DNA of 63,631 nucleotides, filler included, from Choristocarpus tenellus KU-1152 (taxonomy: Eukaryota > Protista > Phaeophyceae), in the NCBI GenBank assembly GCA_964200185.2. It is 7 parts of 7 records of this genome, joined end to end, with 100 filler letters (N's around TTAATTAATTAA, not from the genome) between each part and the next. Parts side by side here need not be neighbours in the genome. Positions count along the whole stretch, not along the records: positions 14,265 to 29,639 come from CAXNAD020001010.1; positions 29,740 to 34,108 come from CAXNAD020014872.1; positions 34,209 to 43,811 come from CAXNAD020003543.1; 4 more parts are not named here. The stretch is one strand, 5' to 3'. Every line of letters starts with the position of its first letter. Positions within the stretch are counted from its first letter, which is position 1. This document shows positions 28,146-39,199 of this stretch, piece by piece. Made by a program: the position numbers and the translations under genes. The notes beneath the pieces were generated by a model. It searched no databases. It was not told the origin of the DNA and worked only from the letters and a program-made list of their open reading frames with translations.

Positions 28146-28395
28146 GGTAAGAAAGATGGCCTGGAATGCAAAGAGGGTCCAAACCTGCCTACCTCTCTCT
28201 CCATTGGTTGGCTCTGTACACGTCCCTCTAAAGTAGCAGCTAAGGCAGTCCATGAATGAATTTATCTTTTTGGATTGCATTGGGGAATATCAATTCTGCT
28301 TGCACTATTGTGCACATAAAGAAATTAAATAAAGTGAATCGCACAGGTTAAGAAAGATGGCTTAGAATTCCAAAGGGTCCAAACCCGCCTACCTC
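28146..28395. repeat. Direct repeat (about 50-bp core, about 200-bp spacing)
   Basis: taagaaagatggc...gggtccaaacc.gcctacctc at about 28146 and about 28346. Confidence 0.7.
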
Positions 28396-29136
28396 ATAAT
28401 TGATTTGGCTCTGTGATTGAAATGTTGTGGGTGTTAGTGCAGTTCACCTGGGTTATTTTTTTCTCTTTGATACCCTTGTAAATACAACAGTGGATTCTCT
28501 CTTATTTATTTCTTTTCCTCTCTTCTCTTTCTTCCATAGTATTAGTAGTAGCACTTCATGCATTGTCTATGCGATCGTATGTTACGCCTTGTTCTGACTA
28601 CCTTCTCATAACGGGTCTGGGATCCCTCAAAGTAACATGAGGAAAAGTAACAAGTAAACCGAAAATACCTGGCACCAACCCCATCCCCTACCCTCTTCCA
28701 AACTTTTTCAACTAAGCTCCTGTAGGCATTTTTAATTTTTGTACCACTACCTTGTATATTGGGAGTTTTGTAGTATTGAGAGAGTATTCATTGTAGTAGT
28801 GATCATAGAGCAGTGACTCCTGACAATCGAGAACTGTTGCTTTTAAGATAACAAACCTCATAGAAGAAGTAGTAGAAGAGTAATAAATGAATGCAAAGAA
28901 AGAAGAAACAAGGATGCGTGTAGGATCCTTTATTTATACATTACAACCTACTGCTACTACTCCTATTTATACAAACGACTAGTGCCTACGTAAGGTTTGT
29001 AAACTCAACGACTACTTGTATCTCTGTTTAAGACAACAGAAGACTGATGACGAGGCAAGCTCAGCAGGAAGGACCTTCTCTTCACACAACATATATAATC
29101 GTGATCAGTCACACAACACATTTAAACCTATATACG

Positions 29137-29243
29137 TATCATCATAATACATCTGGACAACTCTGTTCCCACTGAATGATAAGCATGTATCATCATAATA
29201 CATCTGGACACTCTGTTCCCACTGATTGATAAGCATGTATCAC
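29137..29243. repeat. Tandem duplication of a ~50-bp unit
   Basis: gtatcatcataatacatctggaca(a)ctctgttcccactga.tgataagcat occurs twice. Confidence 0.85.
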
Positions 29244-29639
29244 TTACAAGGCACGTCTCTTATCACACAAGGCGCGGATGACTACCACAGATATTGTTGT
29301 TAGCGAAGAGCTAGCTATACGTAGTGCTGCTGATCATAGTGGTGACAACAGATAACAAAACCACAAAGCGGAACTAGCTCATCATATATTATTGTTACTG
29401 GTGCACGTAAGTTCCGACATACAACAGTGGATTTTCAAAATTGAGGATGGAGCGGGCTATGAGGATGGTTGTTCTGCGAAAACGGTCTTGAAAAAGTACC
29501 GAATGTTTTTTTTTTGCAACTGTTTTTGCACTTGGAAGGGCCCGGGATGTGTCCTTTTTTTGGAAATGTTTTGGCACTTTTTAAGGGTCCGGATATGTTT
29601 TTGTTCAAATATTACCATACTTTTTGTAGAGGGCATCGC

Positions 29640-29739
29640 NNNNNNNNNNNNNNNNNNNNNNNNNNNNNNNNNNNNNNNNNNNNTTAATTAATTAANNNNN
29701 NNNNNNNNNNNNNNNNNNNNNNNNNNNNNNNNNNNNNNN
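29640..29739. other. Artificial assembly linker
   Basis: N44-TTAATTAATTAA-N44. Confidence 0.97.
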
Positions 29740-31645
29740 CACCGTGTAGTGGGGCCGGTACTTGGTCACGGTCCTTCGCATCCAGTGATCGCCCCATCAT
29801 AAGTATAGTCCTCTGCGCTTGGCACCTGCATTGAGTGTTTCTCCCTCATCTAAATCCGGTACAGCCCTCAGTGTCGGTTCAAGGAGTATATATTTCTCTG
29901 TATTCCTTCTCCATGTCAATACGCTTCCGCTGGCGGTCAACCATCGACCGGTGGCATTGTCTGACATGCTGGGCTGCAGCCTCCGCACTGTCCCTCTCGT
30001 TCTTCTCCCGAAGTTGGTCGACACCCTCCTCTATCTCGTCTCTGTCATGTAGGACCTCAGGTGAGGATGTAAGGATTTTTCGCCATCATCCGGAAGGTAG
30101 GACACTGAGTAAATGTACGCCCCTGAACCATCCACATGAACATTGCTGACCTTCCCCTGTACGATAGACCCCCCACTCGCGCATAGGATGAAGCTGGTTC
30201 CTTGACTGAACCTGGCGTTGGATGTGTCCCCAAGTCTGAGTTGCCGTGAGAAGCGAGCAGGTATCGCACCGAGGGATTGCCAGTTGGATTCTGAGGTGAA
30301 CCTCTGATATTGACCAGGCAGGATCGTGAATGTGCTGTCCAGGCGGTTGTGGTGGATGTCTGTGAAGTCTGGGATGATGATAGCCTGAAGGGGCATGACG
30401 CGGGGATCCGGTTTTGCCTCCTGCATCAACACAAAGATGTTCGTTGCAGGGGCCGTGTTGATGTGTTGGACTATTGGCATGTGTTTGCACGTGATGTCCT
30501 TGTTTGGTTGTATAGGGGTCTTGTTTGTTTTGGTTTTGAGGAATGGAGAGTTTCATGTAGGATAGAGGATACACTTAGACAGCGAAAAGAAGGAATGGGA
30601 TACGTTTATTTGCCCTAGTGAGCTTGTAAAATATTCCGTGAAAGTCGATGTTCACGGTTGTATAGTAGGAGAAAGAATATGAAACTGGTTCGGATGTCAG
30701 GGTTGGACGTTATGGGAGGATTTAATTTGGGTATAAGGGGATATCAGGGGATATGTGACATCTGCATATGGACAGCATAGAATCATTCCTGTGGATCATT
30801 GTTCTCTTAGTAACAATAAGAAGCGTTTCTCACCTTGTCCGTCCGTGACATTCGAATAGTTGGCACTCCATCAACAAAGCTAGCACTCAGCACCTTGAAG
30901 TCTTCAGTGACAAAGACGACCTCATCTCCAGCATTGAACATCCCTCCGTAGCTGGAGTGGTGCCTGGCTTTCCATTCAATCGTGTCCTTGCGGTGGACAG
31001 TGAATGGCAAGAACTCTATACGATTGTACTCCGATGGCTGCGTCCGCACAATCCATATATTCCCCTCATCGAGCTGTCTCTTCTTCCTCGACAGCTGGCT
31101 TCTCAGATACATACCGCCTGTTCCTGTTTCCGTGGAAAATCCGAGGTCTATCTCCTTAAGCGGGGGCACGTGGGTTAGTTGCCACCTGCATTGGGCCAGG
31201 TTGCCGAAGGAACAGTTTGTGCAGTAGCACGACAGTTCAGTATATATCAATGTACGGGATTCTCCGGTGGTGAGCCAACCAGTGAAGAACCTGTGCATGG
31301 ACTTGATGCCACCGAGGTTTGGGACACGTGGGTTGTGTCGTCCCGTGCGGTCGATCTTGTGGGCCGGGAGGTGGACTATCTCCTGTGTTCGAAACTTGTC
31401 GATGTATAGAAGTTTTGTAGACGTGTTACTGCGCTGTCTGCCGTCCCTGTCCGTCCATTCCTAAGGGTTGTGGCGATTATGCGTATAAGGGGAGGGGTGG
31501 TACATGTTGTTGGAGTCATTGTTGGTACTGTGGCGGCATCCTGTGATCGATTCGATGTGATGGCATTTTCTTTGGATTGATCTGTGCTACCTACTCCTGG
31601 AACAAGTGTTTGGTATATGGGGGATGTCAATATGTGATGAAAACG

Positions 31646-32890
31646 ATAACTTGGAGTTTCGAGTTAGTTTGGCGCTTGGCAGACTTCTGGAAAATAGAGG
31701 GCGAGATGATTGTAAGTATGCACGCATGGTGAGCGGTCAATTAAGAAGTGTGTATGTGCAATTACCATGTCACTCGTGGTGTTAACGTGAACGGAATGCA
31801 CGGGTGTGACATGATGGGTCAACGATATCTATTGCGTGTTTATTGTATGGGTTAGCAAGGGGCAGGAGGGGGCAATCTGTCACCTGTGGGAAACCCGGAT
31901 CGATTATTGTGAGTGGGGGGAAGCTATGTATTCCTGCAACAAGCGATGGGTACATGGCAGATGTTGATATATGAAAGAAAACAATAACTTGGAGTTTTGC
32001 GTGAGTTTACCGATTGGTAGACTTATTAATATTAGAGGGCGATGATTGCAAGAGTGCACGGACGGTGTGCGGTCGATTCAGAAGTGCGATATGCGATTAG
32101 CTCGTCGCGCATGATGTCAACGAGAAGGGTAGGCATAGATTTGATGTAATGGGTCAACTATATATATTGCGTGTTTAGTGTATGGGTCGGCAAGGGGCAG
32201 GAGGGGTGAGTCTGTCGCCAGTGGGAAGTAGAGGCCGATTATTGTGGGTGGGGGGGACCACGCACATCGTATATGTGCTATCCGTTCCTATGACAATTGT
32301 TTGATAAACTACAAACGTTAATGTGAGAGAAGGAAATGATAACTTGGAAATTTGCGTGACTTTACCGATTGGTTAAGACTTATACAAAATAGAGGGCGAT
32401 GGTTGCAAGAGTGCACGGACGGTGTGCGGTCGATGGAGAGTTGCATATGTGCGATTAGCATGCTGTGCGTCGTGTCGACGTGAAGAGCCAAAGTGTCTTA
32501 GAGGGTAGACCCGCGTCCATTTGGGGCCAAAACCCAATGTTGCGATTTTGATGTAATTGGGGCTATTGTGTTTGTTAGGAACTGCCAATATCCTTATTCC
32601 AGACACACGTTTTCATAACGTATACATTTTACCTACTCCGAAATATTTCGGAGTAGGAAAATGTCATAAAAACCCCGAGGGAAGCCAAGCCCGAAATGGA
32701 CAAACAGGGCAACACTCGAACCCTCTAAGATACTTTCACTCTGAAGGGAGTCACGGATGTGACACAAGTTTGACTGGTACATATATTGCGTATTTAGGGT
32801 TAGGTGGGCAAGGGGCGTACATGTTGGGGTTGTTGCCAGTGTCAAGCAGAGGCCGAACTTTGTGAGTGGGGGGGGATCGTCATGTGGAGT
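31646..32890. repeat. Three diverged tandem copies of a ~340-bp unit inside the transposase intron
   Basis: Units begin ataacttgga...agagggcga..atg.ttg at 31646, 31985 and 32339, each with a gtg.gtgggggg block near its end. The third unit is interrupted by MITE B. Confidence 0.85.
32485..32741. mobile_element. MITE family B copy (257 bp)
   Basis: GAGCCAAAGTGTCTTAGAGGG...CCCTCTAAGATACTTTCACTC with TSD TGAA on both sides. The empty site is visible in the neighbouring tandem units. Confidence 0.92.
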
Positions 32891-34108
32891 GTGCCTACCT
32901 TTGTCACGATTCTCTGTCCGGGAGGAACCTTATGACCATTGCGGTAGCGCCAGTCTTCCTCTGGTGTCGGATCCCTCAAAGTGTATTGAGTTTTGGTTGT
33001 GTTGATTGTATTCACTAGGGATGAGGTTCCTGGCATACGCGCCCCGTCTAGTTCCAGTTTCCTGGCAGCAGACTTCACCACAGCTCCGACTCCATCAGAT
33101 GAGGACTTGCCGTTACAGGAGGCAAAGAGGTTGTGTACACAATGGAAATTCCCATCTGCACTAAAGACTGAGAAACCCACCACATCTGCCATCCGTTCTT
33201 GAACTGAATCCCGCAGCCATCAAACCAGATGTGGAGGACCTCTAGGGTCTGTCCGGATTCATGGGCTAGAGGTATTAGGTGGTCTTTGACAAACATCTCC
33301 ACGGCGTTCTGAATGAACTCGTTGTCTTGACTTCGGTCTCCACTACACACCGTCATGCTGTGAGCCCAAACCCCTCCCTTCCCAAGATTTCCCTCTTCTC
33401 TGAGATCCCTCAATCACCAAACAATGGTCAGAAGCGCCGTGAGGAATAGATTGAAGAACTCTTATTGTGTGAAGTCTTGGTGGTTGTGTTGAAGGTGGGC
33501 GCTGAAGTCCATGGACATGGTGGCGTGTCCTTTGGGAAGGCGGGATTTGCATTGTTTATATTGTTGCACCTGCCAAATGGTGGTGTTGTGATGAAGGAAG
33601 AAGCTCTTCTCAAAGTTGTAAAGATAACCTATAGGAGTGTAGGGAATCCCTCTGTCCGTGGGAACAGCGCCTGCATTGAATAGGCTAGGCTGTCGAGTCG
33701 CGAGCGCTAGTGCTGGTGATAAGTCATGGTGACGCGGGCTTTGTTGTGATGTATTCGCAAATGTTCATTGCGCTGTGGGTGGGATTACATGCCTGTTGTT
33801 TTGCGAATACACGGCGGCACATTCGATGTACACCGGCTTTATTGCCCAAAGGAGTCTCTCGCTCACCTTTCGCCTCCGGATGTCCTTGTCCATAGACCCT
33901 GTGGTGTCTTCGTTGTCGTTCTCCTCGTTTCACATTCCTCCTGAAGTCGGGGGCAGACTCTCCCACCATGCACTTAGCGAGAATCAAATCGTCGGTCATG
34001 AGATTGTCCGCCCTCAGCTCTGCATATTTTGCCTTGATCATCTGGATAAGGTAATCTTTGGTGGACCTGCTGGGGGTGGCAATGCCAAGTCTAGAGGACA
34101 GCGCCTGT

Positions 34109-34208
34109 NNNNNNNNNNNNNNNNNNNNNNNNNNNNNNNNNNNNNNNNNNNNTTAATTAATTAANNNNNNNNNNNNNNNNNNNNNNNNNNNNNNNNNNNN
34201 NNNNNNNN
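34109..34208. other. Artificial assembly linker
   Basis: N44-TTAATTAATTAA-N44. Confidence 0.97.
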
Positions 34209-37200
34209 AGTGTTGTAGGGATAGTGTCAAGGGTGGGTCGAACTCATCATCCCTTACTATCACCTCTTGTTCAACAACTTGCCTACAAGGTGCTTGGACA
34301 ACCAGAAAAGATGGACTTTAAATATTTGTTATACTCTGAGTTGATACAACCAGGATGTTTCTTTTTTTTTCCTCCCAAAGATGGACCTTTCCGACATGAA
34401 AGTGCTGGCCAGCCACTTTTGTGTTCGTGTCGGATAGTATCCTCACTGGGGGGGGGGCAAATCAGGGACAGGTTCCTTTTTTGTGATCTCCGACACACAC
34501 ACTTACGCATAAGACGCGCGGTCATATACAATTGTGCGAGCCAACCATGTCATTTGAGCTCACCCATACCGACCAGTCCAAGAAACCAACGACACCCATA
34601 AGATCCGGATTTGACCAAACAGAACCATTCCGATTCTGACTGATCCATTTCTTTGCTGTGACATTGCTAAGTCATTCAGGAAAATCTGTTGTGTTTTGAG
34701 GTTTTTATTACGTGCTGGATTTCCTCAACAGACTTTGAGATGTTGGGCCAAGATCATTGATTCTCGGTCTCACCCTCTGAGGTGGAAGAGTTCACTCCGG
34801 TGATTGTGATTTCCCCCTTGAGCAGAGAACTTGGTACCTTTGGCACTTCTACATAAAGAGTATTTTGTAGATAAAACAAGGAAAATAATATGCATGCCCT
34901 TATTTTGTTTTTTGCATGCTAGGTATGGCCCTGTGAAGTGAATCAATTTCCAAAGAATCATCCACGGACTATTGCCATGATTTGGGTAATTTCCCTATAC
35001 GTATTACCTCAAAGAAAATCCTACTTACGTAACAGTGTCTACAAGGGTGGTGTTGTACCTTTGGACGTGCACTGTGCCAATTATCCTAATCGGTGAGGAA
35101 AAATGTGTTGGTAGCAGTTGAGACTGGTGTCTGAGGGTACCTGGAGGTAATGGCCCTGTCAGAGGAGTTAATGCCCCGATTACTGCATCCTTACTGTTTC
35201 TATTGATTGTTGCAGAGTGGTGTCTCGAAGATATGGGAAGGGGTTTTTTTGTGCAACATCTGTTCTCATTCAGGTGTCTACTCTGGAATTACCAAAAATC
35301 CTTGTGATCACTCCGAAAGTTCTGTAACAATTAGGCTGTAGTTTGTACCTGTTCTTTAATGTCCAAATTTAGCATCACTACAGATTATGTTAACAGAAGG
35401 CTTCGATTTCTGGTGTTTACTACAAAAGAGAACACTGCATTGTGCTGTACACAGTCTCTTTACCAATTCAATAATAATAGAGAAATCTAAGAGCTTGATG
35501 TTCTATCCCCAAGTATTGGAAATCAAAATTGTATTCTCATTGAGAGTTAAATGATGATGACATTGATGATGTGGAGCTCCCAATGTTTGGTGTCCCTCTT
35601 TCAACAGTTAATCATATAGAACCAGCTAGAGGAAGGGAAGTTTTTCCTTTTGTGGTTAGTGCTAGTTCACATTTCTAACATCGCATGGCTGATCTCAATA
35701 GAACATTGAGAAGGCAAGTGGCATGCTATATTCTTCGTTACAGGAAAAACACCAAGTTTCTGCAATTTCCTATTTGTTCCGTTCCTCATTGAAGTAAGAG
35801 CTACTTGCAGATTTGTGTCCTTCTCTTGAAATACAGGGGAGGGGGTGTATGATCACTTGTTTGGAGCATTTTTACATCTCCAACCTGGATGGCTTGAGGA
35901 TGAGGCATTTTGTCAGCAATCCCTTCCAACTTCATTCGTTGCCAATTTAAACTTTATACAATTGGAAGGATTTGTGCGGAAGTTAAGTCAGAGGGATGAC
36001 AAATATATAAACCCTTAACAAATCTGTGTCTTCATATCTTCCGCTCATCTGTGAAGACCTATACCACACTATTTTTTATTTCAAGTGGATTATTTCAGTA
36101 CAAAAAAAAATAATATGATTTTTTTTCCTGCATGATGTGTTGTATTTTTGCAGCTGAAGCTGTTGCATTTTGTTAAGGGTTAGGTAGGCTTAGGGTTAGA
36201 GAAAAATAGACGTTCACCGTTACACAATTACGTAGCAGGTCACTTTTGGTACGCGCACACTTTTGAACAGGGATCTCTCTGCTTGATTGCTAATATCTCC
36301 ATGTCCCAATCAAATTTAGTCACCTCCTTAATAAGGTGCCTGTTTAGGTGCAACTACATCACCCTCTCACCATTATGATCATTCATACCACACCACGAGG
36401 TAGGAAGTGTGAGGGCAAGGCTGGATATAGAAGCCTCTGTCAGTCTGACAACTTGTGCCATCAACAACATGATAGAGCCTGTCAAACATGGAAAAAAGTG
36501 GCATTTCTGCACAGCATATGAACTTGCCTTGTTCATCTCTCTTTGCCATTGACTTACCTTCCCAATAAATTAGAGGGTAAAACTCTTGACTACCACCTCC
36601 TCCTACTGTAAGTACTGATCGAGTTTCTGTCTTAGGACCTCAGCACACTTGGGCTTTCTAAGGATGTCTTGCCCTCTTTCTGATTACCTCCTTGATTTCT
36701 TTTGGAGGCGTTGCACGACTTGGTGCTCTAGCTTGAACAGTTTCTCTTGTGTGGATCTGTGTTTGTCTGCGCAAAATGTGATAATTGAGCAAAAAAACAT
36801 CCACATGAGTAACTGTGGGGTCTGTCCATAACTTTGATCTCGAAATTGGCGAACGGACTAGGTCCCAACTAGACAGCATCAAACATAATTACATTCTGAG
36901 CTAGCCATTCCCTCAATAATGTTAAATGGACAACCAATTGACATAAACTTGTTCTGGTATTCTTGCTATGTGCTGTTGGTGTGCTAGTCGAGGATACAAT
37001 AGAGTGTGAGGAGAAAGAAAGCCTATACCCAATGTAGACAAGAGGCACATGCAGAGCCATAACATCCTGGAAGGGGGGAGAGATCTAGGCACTCTTGAAT
37101 ATAAGGGGCATGAAAAACCTTTCACAAATCGGACAAATCATGATTTAACTCATTTGTGTAATATATATATATATATAAGTACATAAATATATCAATAAAC

Positions 37201-39199
37201 ATTCATAGGTCAACATTGAAGGAGTGAAGATATCCAACTCATATCTTTCCCAGAATTTTTCTACCATAATTCATGTATCAAAAACAACTCAATGCTGAGG
37301 AATGATGTACAGCTACTGAGTTGTGGGTATGTATGGGTTGATTTGTAGATACATGTAGGTAAGTAAGTTTATAGAGAAACAATTTTGTATTCATGACTTG
37401 TCCCAGCCTCATCTCGATATCTAAATCTTCCAATCTGATATAATATGAAATGGCAATTGTGTACAAATGTTACATTGTGATTTAATACTTCCTCCCTTCA
37501 GAATTAAATGTAACATTACTTCTGCAGCCCCAATGAAAAAAGACTTTTTTTCAAATGTTCATATTTTAAGGGTGTATTGAGCAAACACTAAAAAGTTTGC
37601 CCACCAAAATCGCAAGCAAATGGGGAAGCCTACACATATGATTCCTTCCACCCACCCCTGAACCTCTCCAAAACTCCATTCAAGCACAGACCAATGTATT
37701 CGCTAGACTTGTGTAGGACCCTGGTCTAGCCCATAACTACAGGACACAGCTGGACCGCACATCCCTGTAGTATTTGACACCTATCCAGATGCATATGTGT
37801 TATAAAACTGGACGACATCTGTAGTTGTTAACAATCTTTTCATCAAATTGTAAGACCATGTACTTTTCTTGGTTCTGAATATTAGAAAGATCGTAGATAG
37901 TCTGGACTCTTGGCTCTTGATAGTCCCAAGGAGGAATTAAGAGAAGTTGGTTGGTGTTCTCGATGTCTCTATTATTATACTCTGTATTGTTCTTCTATCT
38001 GTGAAGGTAGGATAAAAGTGAGAAGACAAGGAAGAAGTGCGAAGTGATCACCAATTCAAAAGGGGGGGCTTTTTTTTTGGTAGAACCAAAGTTCAGCAAT
38101 AGAAGTGCAGTCAAGAACCCGTGACATTTCATGTCCAGTCATACAATCATGTCAAACAATTGTGTAATACAACAACATATATGATACATTGTATGTAAAA
38201 TATTTTTGTACTTCAAGTTCAGTGAAACAGTCATATAAACAATACTGTTATACAACAATGTATGTGATGCACTGTATTATGATATTCTTGTACTTCAAAA
38301 TAACTGCTCTAAGCACCTGTGAAATAGTGTGATTGCTCTAGTAGCTTGTATGATGCTATAGAACTAGCTCCGTGCCCCCTGTCTTTGCCAAGCGTTCTGA
38401 ACCTTGTTGATGGACTTCCTTGGTTTCTTGCACCTTGATTTCTGACACTTCCCCTAATTTCTATTCGTTTGCATCAGCTTGACACAAGATTAGAAATTAT
38501 ATGTTCATAAAGATAAAAAATCTTCATCAGTCATTAGCCTCACACAACTCGCCTTCTGGAAAATGTTACTAAATAAGTAGTCTTTCAATGTGATGTGTAA
38601 TATGTCACACACTTCAGGTTGGTGAACTGCCACCCAACTTATTGAAGTTTAGCACTATAAGAGAAGTTTGGAAAGATATCAAATGCTTTGTCATTTCTTG
38701 CCCAGAAAAATGTCCCCATTTGGGACACCAAAAAAAATGGCTGCAAGAAATAAGGACCAACAGGGAACTCTCACAAAAAAATCCTGACCTTCAAACCATT
38801 TGACCTCTCATTTTCCAAACTTAGTACCGCGTCAGCACTTTTGTAAGTCTGGATGAATGTGATGTTGTTGTCAGTGGTGTATCACTTAACTTACACAATT
38901 CTCCCCATCAAATACCCAGTGGTGCAATCACTCGACTGTTATTTTATGAAAACAATAATTAGTGATATCACCACTCAACTATTGGTTCTTTATTCATTCT
39001 CAGTGATTAATAGTTTTACCTAATGGTCATTCATTCAGGTAATCATCAATGCTGTATCATTTGATTCTTCTTAATAGATCATTTCTTCAGTGTTCAGTCA
39101 TGTGATTAACCTCTTTAATGGTAAGCTATTGGACTACCTCTTCAATCATCAGGCATTGGGCATCATTTGCTTTCCTCAGTGTTGTTTGCACCGGAAACA

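Larger units (their letters stand above)
29740..34108 (-). mobile_element. Decayed, intron-containing Sola2-like DDD transposase gene (copy 1)
   Basis: Catalytic motifs LPKGHATMSMDFS (D at 33507-33509), IWFDGCGIQFKN (D at 33219-33221) and FASCNGKSSSDGVGAVVK (D at 33094-33096), then GIKSMHRF...LSCYCTNC...C. Putative phase-0 introns at 32898-31461 and 30833-30499. In-frame stops and a frameshift at about 33135. Fills the whole contig. Confidence 0.78.
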
